In this document: positions 1 through 12,106 of the stretch, piece by piece
How the letters are laid out: the number at the start of each line of letters is the position of its first letter
How positions within the stretch are numbered: the stretch's first letter is position 1
Source of the DNA: Spirogloea muscicola
Taxonomy: Eukaryota
DNA length: 20,000 nucleotides
Direction of reading: 5' to 3'
NCBI GenBank assembly: GCA_009602725.1
Contig: WELB01000008.1
Coordinates: forward strand, 230,128 to 250,127
Position numbers and translations under genes: made by a program
The notes under the pieces: generated by a model
Seen by the model: the letters and a program-made list of their open reading frames with translations, nothing else
Databases searched by the model: none
Told to the model about the DNA's origin: nothing

Positions 1-89
1 TCCTACCGACCTCGAGCCCTTCTCTCAATAGGACTCTTCTCAAAGAGGTGAGGTAATATCTTGCTCCAAAGCGACTCACAAGGAATTAC

Positions 90-3000
90 CTGCTTCAGAA
101 CACGGTAGCAGAATTGTGAATCTCCACAGAAATAGTCGAGGCAGTTGAGAGCAGCTAGGGTCACAGGACTTGGTGCTCTGCTTGGACCAGCAGCAGAACA
201 CATCGCCCACCAGCAACCCTTGCGCCAGCGCACATCATCCCGCAGTAGGGTCCTGCCTTCCCTGTATATCAAGAAATTCACAACAACATTTTCAAACTCA
301 GAAAGAGTTTAATATGCAAGGAGTACAGAAGCGAAAGCAAGCCTGAGATGTGCCAGATCGGAGCTCGCAGAGACCACTGAGCAGGCTGCTTCACAAAGAG
401 ACGTGAATGCTGTCAGGCGTGCTCACGCTGAGGCCGAAGCAAGCTCCAGAACGCCCAGCGCGTCTGCAACAGCAGCCTCCAAGGCAGGGCTGCCACACAC
501 TTCAGGGTAGGCAGTACCCTCTTTGGCCGCCTTTGTTCCCAGTGATAGCACACCAAGGGCAAAATTAAGGACAGGCTGTGCTAAACTCCTCCGCCTGAAG
601 TCACACAAGTTGTGCATGTCATTAACAAGCACAAAGTCATGACATGCTACTTGCTGTCAAGTCCTCCAAGTCAGCCTGTACTCTGTTTCTGAAGAGCTCA
701 GCCTCATCAAGCCACGTCCTTTGAGCAATTCCAACCACCACAAGTAAGCGCTCACTCTGCAAAGTAAGTATTGCGCAGTATCCTGGCCGCATATGACAAT
801 ATGTTGGCCATGAGATCTGGGCAATCTTCCCGCTGTGCAATGCACACACGCAGTGCAGGTGTAGCTGCACTTATTACAACTGTGTCTGCATCCTCTGGAA
901 GATGTATTTCCGGGTATCTTTCTTGCACCAAGGCCTGTCAAAAGCTTAGCACTGCATGTGTAAGCCAAAACTGAGAAACAAAAGCCAAAACAGAACTAGG
1001 AGCAGCATTCGATGGTTCTAGACATGCAGTACTTGACAAGACGAAGCTTGTATTATCCTAACATGCTGGGAAACTGAACAACCAAGCAACTGCCTCACTA
1101 CTATTTGACCCCAATGTGTGAGTAGCAACTTGTATCAGAAAGTTTGCACTTGGCCAAGACTGTCACACATACGTATATCATACTCCTGTAGTCAACTCGC
1201 CCTCTGCAGTAAGCAAAGCTGCCACTAGTCAGAAGCAATCATCAATAAGGGAAGTTCTGTGTGACCTGGGCATGAAGTAGGGCAACCACTCTTGCGACCT
1301 CCTTCCGCCAAGTGCTTGGGACATCTCCACCCCCTATTATTCTCAATAGCTCCTGGCAAGACAGGAGGCCAGATTAAGTGCCATGGCCCCTTGAGAACGT
1401 TGAGGGCTGCTTGTGGCAAGTAAAAAGTTACTATTAGGCATATTGTGAAAGTCTTCACATTCAATTCACTGTATTCCTCGTGACCTCGTTGTGGATATCA
1501 AAGACAATGACGGGAGTGAGTATGCTGGGCTCAGGTGGCTTCTTGAAGCTTACTGTCATGATGGCCTTATGGAATGATGACACATCATTGATATGGTGGC
1601 TTGGAAAAGCTTCTATATCAAGGAGATGGTGCAGATATACAGGTGCTACAAAAATTGCATCTGGCAGGATCAGTCCACAGAGAAGCAGCACACACATTAC
1701 ACAATCAGTCTACAATGAGCACAGGAGTACACAAGAGCTGCATGAAAACCAACGCACTTAAGCAGCCATCGGCTCATGTAAGACATCTACTCAGGAGTAG
1801 TGCAGCAATCAATCTTGCAAGAGAGGAAGCAAACCAGCTAATTCGGGGTAGCTGACAGGCGACCGACTAGAGTATATGTAAACGGCCTGAGGATCAGAAG
1901 CTCTGGCCTTCACGTAGGGTTCCAAACTTGTTGTGACGTGCTCAACTAGCAGCGCTTTCATCTCGTTGTTCCATATCACTTCAGGGTCTTGGACATCTGA
2001 ATCAATTATGTCTTTCATGACTTCAGGACCCTGCAGAATGACAAATAGCCTTCAGGTCTGCATAATATGGACCCACCAAGTCTGTAGCAGGCATGTACAA
2101 TCTCAGATGCTCATTGGTCCACACTGATTGTTCCAGGAGCGTGTAGCGCAGGTGTACAGCCCCAAAAGAGGCGTGAGATCCGACACAATCAAGCTGGTGG
2201 AGTACAACGTCAACAGGATACTAGCTAGCTCCACTGGAAGGCAGAACACAACAGTCATCTTTTCTATTGATGACCGAAACGATCACTGTGGCACTCTACC
2301 TCAGAAATGAGCTTCACAATGATCCCAGGTGGAAAATACAACTGGAGAATGCTCTCATGCCAAGGCAAATGGTCTACATGTATGATTCCTTTTGTGGGTG
2401 CCTGAGCCAATGAATCTGCATGCTGCAAATTCAGATAACAAGCCATGAGCTGTGGCAAATGCTGGCACTGTAGTTCATGAGATGTATCACCTCCAAAGTG
2501 AGGATCTCAGTGCTTCTATGATTATCCATTACGTCTGTATACTAACAGTAAGCCAGAGGAGAGCGGCATTTTCCATAGATTTGGCGTAGGAAAGCCAACA
2601 GCGGAGGTGCAAAAGCACCTCAGCGTCAATGGGGAGTACAATGACAAGTTGACATACCTGCAAAAGGTGGGATTGAGAGAAGAACTTGACGATAGCAGAC
2701 CGATCACGTTCAGCTAGGTCTCCTGCGACGAGTTTCCACACCAAGATTTCAAACAAGCCAAATTTGTACATCCCAGGGGTAGCTGCCCGATTGGCTGTGC
2801 TTATGTGACTCACAACAGCCAGTAACCTGGAGATTTATCCAACATAGAAGACATCACATACACGGATTAGAACATTATTCAATCCACGAGTGAGCGTACA
2901 AGCAGGTACAAGCAACAAGGTGTGCATGACAGATTACAGCAAATAAGAAGATTCTCAATCCGTTGTGATGGTGAGGGCATGTTGTCAGCAAGAGGAGGTC

Positions 3001-6000
3001 ACATTTGCAACCATGTGTTGTAGAGGAAGTACAAAAGTAAAAGGATAGGTTCTCTGACCTCCCAAAGACAGGGGATTTTGCTCGAAGCAAGAGTTGCACA
3101 ATGTGAAAAAGAATCTCCTCACGACAGAGGTCAAGACAGACTGCCGAGGGAGGAAACTGTTTGACTGAGTCTTCGGCTCCCGAAAGTCTGAAATAACATC
3201 AAATATAAGTCAGTTCTTTATTTACAATGCGCAGTCTCCGAGCGAAACATTGGAAGCACAAGTGGAAATCGTGAAGAAGCCGTTCTAGGCTTCCAGTATG
3301 CAGAGACCACAAGCTTTCTAGCCGATTGTACATGCTAATGTTGTTATTGGCATTGACATTGCTTTTATCATCAACCTTTACATTTCTCGATCAACAGCTT
3401 TCACCAAGCACAAATGCACACCTCAGCAAAGCCTCTAGCAGATCCAATGCCATTCCTAGCTGCAGCTTCTCAGGAACTTCATCGTCTTGCCATCGTATTG
3501 CTTCCCTGGCATCAACAGCGCTGTCGGCACTGCCCAGCGCGGCCTTCTGATTGGTCTCTTTGCCACAAGGTACCCGTGCCATTCGGATTTGGCCATCTGA
3601 GCCCATTACAGGGACAGTCTCTGGTCCTTGACCCTTGAAGCTAGCTGTATCGCACTCAAAGGTGGTCACATCCTTGCAGAGCTGGGTCATAAGACAAGAC
3701 ATGCACGATCAGACAAGCTCTCATGTCATTTGCAGCACCATGCCTGCATGACGGCGAAATGTAAAGCTGGCAATCGGAAGCTGACTCTTAGTAAGGGGCC
3801 TTTGACAAGTGTTTGTCCTCACCGTAGCAAGGGAGAGAACTAGCATGGGGATTATCACTGTCAGGCCCCCTGCACGGATCAGATGGAGGACATTATCTCG
3901 ACCACCAAGATCCATAGCAGCCACAAGGAAGACCAGGGCCTTGAAGGTGAACACGTGGTGGTCGTTCTCCAGAGCTTCTCGCAGCATGGAGACCATACTC
4001 TGGAGCAAATTACAAGTCGGTGGTAGTAAAGAAGCTCTGTCAACATGATGGACTGCTTGACTGCTATGCACTCATTCAGCATCTCCGTCAGAAAATAAGA
4101 CCAAGGAGCCTGACACGAGGCCGCTAGCTTGCTTCTCAGCAGCATGCATTCAGAGTGCACAACAATCAAATTCTGATACATCCAAGACAGGCCCGTTCTT
4201 TGAGTTACCATTTGAACATTTGTCCCTGGAAAGTGGTAGGGATTGCTGACTACACCGCTGATAGTGTCTACATCAAAGGCTGCTGCTCACCTCAACAGTT
4301 TTCAGGGTCTCCATTGTTGTGGACAATTCCTCTGGATATCGCTCGTAAATCCACGACAATAAATGTACAGCTAACCTGGGGTCAACTTCAGGCAAGCCGC
4401 ATGTGCCGTACAAAGGAGTGAATGCTAGGAGGAGTGCCTGGAAAACACTCTGGAAGAGCAGTGCAGGCTCTTGCAGCTGGGCAACAAGGACATCACAAAA
4501 CAACCAGTCAGCAGTATACCCATGAATGAAGTAGCAGAAGAGAGTGCAGCGGAACTGTAGCTATTGTGTGGCTCTGCTTGTTGATGCCTAATTAAGCATT
4601 ACTTTGTGTTATTGGACCTTGACAGTGCCTCCGTACAAGGTGGAGACGCGTGAGTTAGCGTTCAATACAAACAGTGAAGGAAACTCCACCTTCCAATGCT
4701 GCTGCCAAAATCCTGAAGTTGGAGGACTTCCTTCTACAAGAAGCTCCAGATTCAGGCCCCCAATTCGTGTGCCTGCTCAAAATGACAGCATATGCTAAGA
4801 TCATGAGCAGCACCAGGACAAGACTATGCAACTTGAGGTATTGGTGCACCAAAGGTGTGGCTAGTTGCAACATCCACAAGCAGCTCCAGCAAGGGGGCAG
4901 GGGCTGTGCATTACCAGTCCGAATTTTGCTTGCAAGATAGAGGCAAGCAAGGGCCAGCAGAATGATGGAGAAGCAAGCAGACAACAAAAGCATCAAGCTG
5001 CAACTTCAGTTGAGCAAGCAGATGCTTTTGTATGTTGCAGCTACGTCAGGAGTAGCTCAGTATTGCATGATTACCTCCACCTTCGCCCAAGGCAGAGTAC
5101 TCTAGCAATGCATCTCCACTGTTATAGTGCAACTCGAGCCCAGCGTTTGCAGCAATGGCAGCATCAAAGCTGCTGACTTCCTCTCGGAGAAACTGCACTA
5201 CAGACAAGCTTTTGGGATCATATTGTTGACATCAAATCGACAATGACAGCAATAAGCTTAAATAGATCCAAGCAGGCTCTCACAGGAGAATGTGCAGGCC
5301 ATAATCATCGTTCTCAGTGTCATTTAGGAATGCAAGTATGGCTCATGCCGCAATCAGAGACGGCTTCTGCTGTGATGTGAATTGCGGGCTCAGCATTGTC
5401 ACTTACCTTCTGCAGATCTGCTCTCTTTATGTCATTCCAGACGAGCACTGGTGTTGCTACTGTCTCAACTCTTAAAATCTCAAGTGTCTCCAGCCAGGCC
5501 AATAGTGACCTAGATTCCTGTAGGTGTGCCAGGCCAAAAGTACAGAATTTTGGCACCAGAATCTAACATGATTCTCATTTACTTGCTAGACCACTCATCA
5601 GCTTCCCACCGATGTGCTGCATTTCAGCCCGACAACGTCGTCGGCCAGACTATCTGTTTGACACACCCTCTGTCTGCCACCCATGGGCATCTTCCTCCAT
5701 GAGGAGATCAAGACATGAGGATCACAAGAGCGCAATTGCTATCTCATATAATCACAGAACCCCCCCAGAAAACAGGTTGTAGTCTATACCAATGGCAGCG
5801 CTGCACTTCCCTGCATGTTAAAAATTTCCTAGCATGCTACCGTTTTCTACCTTGAGCAACATATGGATAAGACTTCATACATTTCCAGAAGGCTTGAGTT
5901 GAGCAGCTTTGGAAGCATGGACATACATTGTACCCTGCCAAGCTCACGAAGGGCGTGTTTAGCTTGGCAATCCTGGCGGCATATATACATCTATATATGT

Positions 6001-9000
6001 ATGTCTATATCAACGGTTCTAGTATACGCCTGCGTTTTGCTCAAAGGGCAAGACCATTGCATGAGAGGTGCATGCTTTGACACTTGCATTGACGTGCATG
6101 CTCTGACAGAGTGTAGAGAACAGGGGCGAGTAAGCAAGTAAGCAGACAAAGTACAATGTGAAAGAGAAACAAACAAGCAGAAATAATCTGACCTCTATCT
6201 ACAGACATTCTGCAAACTGGTACTTGAAGGGGAGTAACCAGCGTGCTTACTTTTGGCAGCACAGAATGCAAAAGAAACCAAGTTTCAGGATTGCCATCCA
6301 TGAGGAGATGCAAGAGCTCCCCACTCAGTCTTCTTGCTCGTTCACTTACTGAAAATACTGCTGTCCGCAAGTGAAGCAGGACCACACATTGTGCAAGGGA
6401 TGTTTTCTGCAGACAAACATGATCTGATCAAGAACTGTGAAGACCCAGCTCAGGCGGCCCTGGATCAGTAATAATAAGCTCCACCATGACCGTCTGCGGA
6501 CCACTGGCCTTGGGGCCTTGGTGAATTATCAAACAAGGCTTTGCATACCACTTCAAGAGCTGAGCACCCACCACATTGACCAGGAAGTTGACATGCAGAT
6601 TATACAAGCCACTGGGAGAAGAAGGCTTTATCTTGTCTACCTGAAAGTGACCTGCCACATTTGGCGAGGTTACCTCCAAGATCCTCTTCAGCAAGATAGC
6701 ATTGCTGGAAACAGGTGCCATCACTGTCAAGGGTTCAACTTAGCACCTTGACTTGGAGCATGTAACTTCGCCTATGATACTGCATGGTTCTTGGAGCACG
6801 TGAAGCATCCTAGGATACTGCATGTTCAATTGAATATCAGGAAGAATTGCACCAATACTGCTGATGAGCTCATTGAGCTTCTAGGTACTCATCATCTGGA
6901 ATGCTCACCTGCGAAAGACTATTGGGACCTGTGACCGGCAAATAGAGCATAAAGTGTCTGCTGCCAGCATCAGTGAAGCTTCCCTAGCCTGCAATATACG
7001 CAGGTCAAAGTCAACTAACTCTGATGCTTGAGGGTTCCCAATCTGACAAGCACTGCAATGTAGCATCAACAGAGACATCTAGAACATTGAACGACAGCCA
7101 CTTATAGAACACAGTATTTGTTACCTTAGTCCATGTTCTGTCAGCGTCTGTTTCATTGGATGGGAGATTCAGCGCTAGTGTGAAGACATCCAGTACCCCT
7201 AGGACCTGCCAAGTACATAGTCCTTATAACAGCTGTCAAAACTCGAGATTCTGTCAAGAGATGACAGGAGTACCACTAATCCAAGTGGCAAGACATGCTT
7301 TGCAAAGCCTTGACAGAGCTGTAGCCCCTAACTACCAGATCTGTCAGCACAGAGATGACTTGAACCTGCAGGGCATTTGCAGCCACAGGGGCAAAAGTGT
7401 GGAGCAATGCCACAAACTGCTTAAGATTCTCGGGGCTTAGAACCGCATGTTTGTTAGCAATCTCCTGCACATTGAGAGGAGGTGCATCAGGAGCAAGCAG
7501 CATAGGGGGTGCCACTTAAACATCTCACTATGCAATTGGATATTGCCACTTAAATATTTCACTATGCAATTGGATATTGCGTTGCTGCAGACCTGCCATC
7601 TCCTAGTCGTAATACCCAGGAAACATTGAAGTTTGGAGATGCTAAGTCTTACAGAAGCAGCTGGGGTGGTGGTTCCGAGTAGAGCCAATGCAGCTGAGGA
7701 TACAGCTCCAAGACCACTATCCACAGCAGTTGAGTCAGTGGCAAAAAGCTTCAAAGCCATACGAGCAGTCATAGAAGCGACATAAGCAACCACTGGATTC
7801 TCTGACTTCATGGCCTGCAAGACCAACAGGGATCACCTAATGAGCCTCCAGGCTGTTGTAGATTGTACGCACCGACTGTGACTGCATACTGAGGAAATCA
7901 TGATGTATGATGCACTGCCCCAGGCATTGGTTGGCTGGTGTCGCTCACCAGTAACAGTGTAGCTGTAAAGTCCGGATTGCCCCGTACAGCATCAAAGCAG
8001 GGACGAGATGCGAGAAAGCGTTGCAGGACCAAACAGCAAGTCACTGCATGCGAGGGCTGTTCACCCTGCTTGGCTGAGGGCAGTACAGATCAGCCACAAC
8101 TTAGAGCAGACAGTAAGGAATGGGTCTAAGTTCTGCCACGAGTCGTTGTTTTTGCTTGAGCAACAGTCCTCTCTAACAATGAGTCTTGCAGTTTCTGTAG
8201 CATGTATCTGATTTTTTTGTTGAGGAGCTGAGAGCATACTTAGACTTCCTCGAAGGATCTCAGAAACAGCGAACATGGGCCTAGGATCGATGCAGAGGGA
8301 GTCTCCCAACTGCACAAAGCTCAAAGTACAGGAGCTGTTAAGGAAGGCTTGCACTCGTGTTACTGGCTCACGCCGTGCGTTCCCTGTCTATTTGGACTGT
8401 ATCCTTGAATACAACATTCATTTCATAGAAAAGAGAGATGCTTTAGCCAGGCATCTGCGTGGCTTGCATCACTACCAGCCAGTCCTTGCTTGCAGGATGT
8501 AGACCAGAGATTCACACTGACATGCATGTTGCAGACATATTCTTTCATCATTGGCAGCCATTGCAGGGGATCCCGCGCTGTATTGTAGGAGGTCATTATT
8601 CTTGAGAGATAGAATGCCTCGCATTCATTCTGCGACGCAAGCCAACAGTGAGAGACTGAATACTGTAGTGCATATTGAAAGCTATGCATAGGGCAATCAA
8701 AGAGAGATAGCGACTTCATGTAGATAAGCACGACCACAGTAAGAAGCCGGCTCATCACCTGGTACAACGGGAGGGGTTTGTCTGGAAATGTATGAGGGCC
8801 AAAAGGGTCCATGTGTATGCTGAATTGAAGGCCTTTTGAGAGCCCCATTATGTTGGATATGCTGGCCATGAAAGAATCTCTGTCCTGTACGAAGTAGCGA
8901 GTAGGGCGCCAGCTCCGAAATTCTAGAAGGACCTCTGTACTCTTTGTAGCGGAAATCACCACCCCCAGGATGTCGCTGAGACTGCCACAGCAGGATCAGA

Positions 9001-11155
9001 TCAATATATTAGCAAGAGTAAATTTTTTTGGTAAGCTTATGTAAGACAACGCAGTCCTTAAGGCGAGATAGCCACTGTTACAGTCCATCTGCACATTGTT
9101 TGTTCAGGTGCACTTGATAGGTGCCTTGAAAGTTAGAGCACCATGGTGGGTGCCAAAGTGCACTTGGAAAGTCACAGCACGATGAGAGCTGTGTATGTGT
9201 TTTGCACAAAGGCAAATGACAATGAAGTTGACAACAAAGTGGCGTCCTTACCTATGATCACAAATGATCTCGTCAGCTCCCTTCTCTATCAAGTTGTGAG
9301 AAGTTAGATATAGAGTTCTCTCTCTCAGTTCACCAGCTTCCTCAAACCCCTTCAGAGCTGCAAATTCGTACAGGATGCTCCGATCTCGCTGCATAGAAGT
9401 TCCAAGTGATGCCATAAATCTTAAAACCACTTGGTCTACACCAGAAAAATGGTCTTGCTACCATCAGTTGATGCAGCTGCGCAGATCTGAAAGGTAAGGA
9501 CGGAACATCAGTGAAGTCCTAGAAAAGATCCTGTGCCAAGGGGCTTCTTCTGACCAGAATGCTTTGTCTGGACGACACTGTATCCACCATGGCTGCTGCT
9601 GAAGTCTTCGCAAGCTGGATGTCCCTGTTGAGGTACAGCTGGAGCATATGTATACAAGCGGAGGTAACAACAGCATGCGTTAGCTATAGAGCATGACTTG
9701 GACATCTTGGAGGCGTCACTGGCGCTCCCCTTAGTATGAATGCATTGTTTAGCTTTGAGCAGATGATCTTGTTGCCTTACACCCCATACAATAATTCATA
9801 TCACGAGCAAGGACTAGTAAAAGTAGATCTGCACATTAGGCACTATGACCGACAGGGTCTGCAGATTAGACTAGCCGAAGCACATTGCATTGACATCAGC
9901 ATGTCAGCTTGTACAGTTGGTGGATCATCCACCTTCATATTGCGCTGCACAGCAAGTGCAAATGCTAATGAATCGCGTAGAGACAGTCTGAGAACTCTTG
10001 ACTTGAAGTGAAGAAGAACTATGCGACCATCATCTCCCAGTATTTCAACCTGCAAAATGTCCTGCAGATTGATCTTCTTGGGGTTGGCCTGCAAGACGAA
10101 GTCCAATCTCAAATCGTAAGTACGTCCAAGCTTACAGTTCTGTCATCCTTTTGATCCATGATATGACTCTTTTCTATCAGACAAAAGGATTACTGACACT
10201 GAGCTCAATATCTGCTCTGTGCTGACCCCTCCAAGTATGGCAAAGAGAAACCACAGCACTTTACCGGGTGAGGCATGCACAGGAGCACAAGTTGCTACAG
10301 AGCATACTCTCTATCATGATCATCCAAGAAGAGGCCTACTGTAATGTTCAGTCATTGATTCTCCTCCCTCCGATCTGCATGTAGGTAACCAGTGCTTCTA
10401 AGTGCTATATGCTGATATCATATCTTGCACAATTCACGACATTTGCAGCTCCTTTTAGCATCCCTCTGGGTGAGGAGCACAGACCAGCTGACGCTCCAGC
10501 CTGGCGCCGGCAGCCTCCATTTTCACAATCGACGTACTCCTTACGCGCATTACAGCGTCAACGAAGCCCTCCCTGCGGTGGCTGTGCTTCTTCAAGTGAA
10601 AATCAGTTCCTGTAGTGGCCAGAATAGATTTGCACAACCGTCCTGATATCAGCTTGAAGTAATAGATGAGCATTGGCTGTGACTGCAGCAAGCGAGCCTG
10701 CAGCTTCTTGTCATTGTCCAAGCACAATGCCAGTGACTAGGCCAAGATTGCGGGCAAAGGACGATTCCTTCTGCAGGCCACTGCCGTAAGTGCTTCAGTC
10801 AGCTTATACTTCTGCATTGAAGATAAAATAAGTAGCTTGGCTCACCAATGCCATTGAGGTCGTCCAGCTTGTTGTGGAGGGTCGTGAGGAGCTCGCTCCG
10901 GGCACTGCTCAGGAAGGTATGCACCTCTTTGCCGCCGCTGCTGAGAGCGAAGGTCTCGAAGGAGAATTCGCAGCGGTCCTGATTGGCAAACCGCAAGTTG
11001 GTGACCATATCGAAGCTGTACTGTGTCGCAGTGGGGTTGATTGTCGCGAGCGTGGTTATGTAGATGCCGTGCTCCGTCACCTTCAGTATCCTCGACGAGC
11101 CGCGCGTCGGGCGAGCGTAACCGGGGAGCCGCACGAGGAACGTCTCATAGTCCAT
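90..11155 (-). CDS. Multi-exon, divergent RME-8/DNAJC13/GRV2-like endosomal trafficking protein; 3' end lies outside the window
   Basis: Phase-compatible GT-AG exons read by hand, in transcript order: 10846-11155 (ATG at 11155), 10485-10609, 9933-10088, 9555-9638, 9252-9388, 8759-8981, ~8522-8629, an exon starting at 8309 (end unresolved), 7653-7814, 7366-7464, 7125-7205, 6909-6988, 6641-6704, 6251-6406, unresolved ~5600-5975, 5407-5517, 5075-5192, 4690-4772, 4291-4476, 3823-3999, 3422-3681, 3059-3187, 2658-2826, ~2490-2540, 2300-~2422, 1835-2030, 1554-1660, 1266-1352, 756-934, 427-594, 90-261. The peptides are collinear with RME-8 as I recall it: LLEFRSWRPTRYFVQDRDSFMASI (PH-like), EIANKHAVLS, LLHLRTAVFS..LLHSVLP, IWN-type repeats TPVLVWNDIKRADL and DPEVIWNNEMKALL, SYPELADAIFVAPVYLHHLLDIEAFP, LLHAQALVQERY. 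Confidence 0.85.
1266..1352 (-). CDS. RME-8-like exon occupying the position of the J-domain
   Basis: 87 nt, phase 0/0, with a ttgccag acceptor and gtcaca donor. Encodes ELLRIIGGGDVPSTWRKEVARVVALLHAQ and contains no HPD. Confidence 0.7.
1835..2030 (-). CDS. RME-8-like exon carrying an IWN repeat
   Basis: GPEVMKDIIDSDVQDPEVIWNNEMKALLVEHVTTSLEPYVKARASDPQAVYIYSSRSPVSYPELA matches the DTPE-IW..MR...YPEL block that precedes the J-domain in RME-8. Splice sites are canonical. Confidence 0.85.
7510..7580. repeat. Intronic 34-bp tandem duplication
   Basis: tgccacttaaa(c/t)at(c/t)tcactatgcaattggatat at 7510 and 7544, with two mismatches. Confidence 0.9.
8759..8981 (-). CDS. RME-8-like exon (PH-like repeat)
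   Basis: Bounded by a cag acceptor and a gtgatg donor. Encodes LSDILGVVISATKSTEVLLEFRSWRPTRYFVQDRDSFMASISNIMG, comparable to DNAJC13 FTIEF..[20 protein letters not shown] (recalled, not aligned computationally). Confidence 0.8.
10846..11155 (-). CDS. First coding exon of the RME-8-like gene (N-terminal PH-like region)
   Basis: ATG at 11155-11153 in a GC-rich context. MDYETFLVRLPGYARPTRGSSRILKVTEHGIYITT...FLSSARSELLTTL resembles the RME-8 N-terminus. The donor G|GTGAG at 10845 is phase 1 and matches the acceptor at 10609. Confidence 0.8.
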
Positions 11156-11600
11156 GGCCGGCCCCCAGCGTTCGTGTGAGCGGCCGAGTAGGCCGATCGA
11201 GTCAGTGGCCCAGCCGTAACGAACGGCAAGGACGACCGAACCGAACCGTCAGTCTGGCACTACAGAATTCGTAGGCAGCCTCATCCGAAGGCCGGCCGCG
11301 GGACGATGCAGGGCCTTGGCAGCGCCGCGGAGATTCGCCTCGGCCAGGCGGACCGGGGGCCGGGATCAATGGCAGGGTGCAGCAAGCAAGCCGGGTAAGT
11401 CTACAGCACCGCTGCAAGCCGCCGTGTGCAGCCGGGCGTCGGCGCCGCTGCCGGGTGGCCCGCGGCGCCCGCCGCCGCAAGCCGCGGCGGGGCCGAGGTT
11501 GGCGGGATGTGGGGGTGGGGCTCCACCAGCTGCCCGCGGTCGGGCCGGGCAACCGCCAACCTCGCCGGCTTCACCCGCCTTCGCTCCACTGTTCCCCTAA
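11156..11600 (-). promoter_or_regulatory. GC/CpG-rich 5' UTR and proximal promoter region of the RME-8-like gene
   Basis: GC and CpG content rise sharply immediately upstream of the ATG. No specific element could be identified. Confidence 0.4.
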
Positions 11601-12106
11601 TTCCTAATTCGCACGCAGGCTCCCTCAGACCTTGTCCATTCCTTTTGGGTTGGCTTTGCCAGCCCCTTTTCTCAATGGGCGAGCACCTTCTTCTTTGGGC
11701 TGGCCTTTCCCAGCCACCAGTCAATCTGGCCGCGCTTCTCTCCCAGCTGTGTGTTTCCCTTCTTTGTTATGTAGCCCTGTTTAGATGAAGAAAGTGCTCG
11801 CCCATTGAGAATAGGGGCTGGAACAACCAGCCCGAAAAGGAATGAAAAGAGAAGGGGGCCAGGGGAAGCGCTAAGTAACAGAAACAAAGCTGCTACGAGA
11901 CACTCAGTAACCCCTGCTTCGCTGCAGAGGTCCATGGCCCGGGCGCTGCACCTTCGTGCCGGCAGAGCCCTCGCTGCTGCCTCTGGCTCTGGCCAGGGGA
12001 CCCACTTCCAGGAGCCCAGCATCTCTGATCTGCGGCTGCTTAGCAGGGGTTACTGAGTGTCTCGTAGCAGCTTTGTTTCTGTTACTTAGCGCTTCCCCTG
12101 GCCCCC
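11600..12106. mobile_element. CRE-like retrotransposon 3'-end fragments in both orientations
   Basis: 11919-12056 (+) encodes SLQRSMARALHLRAGRALAAASGSGQGTHFQEPSISDLRLLSRGY*, homologous to 15592-15732. 11787-11918 (-) matches the 3' UTR at 15718-15866. Confidence 0.8.
11854..12106. repeat. 65-bp perfect inverted repeat (11854-11918 / 12042-12106) with a 123-bp spacer; the right arm runs into the gap
   Basis: gggggccagg...cccctgct is the exact reverse complement of agcagggg...tggccccc. Confidence 0.9.

Noticed and set aside
771..10646. Short plus-strand ORFs across the gene body
   Set aside because: Antisense to RME-8-like exons and introns, with no motifs or consistent splice structure.
11594..11608. 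cccctaattcctaa as a telomere-like target of the CRE element
   Set aside because: Only two degenerate units, too short to distinguish from chance.
11202..11788. Several 76-120 aa ORFs upstream of the gene
   Set aside because: Low-complexity Arg/Pro/Ala translations expected from very GC-rich non-coding DNA.
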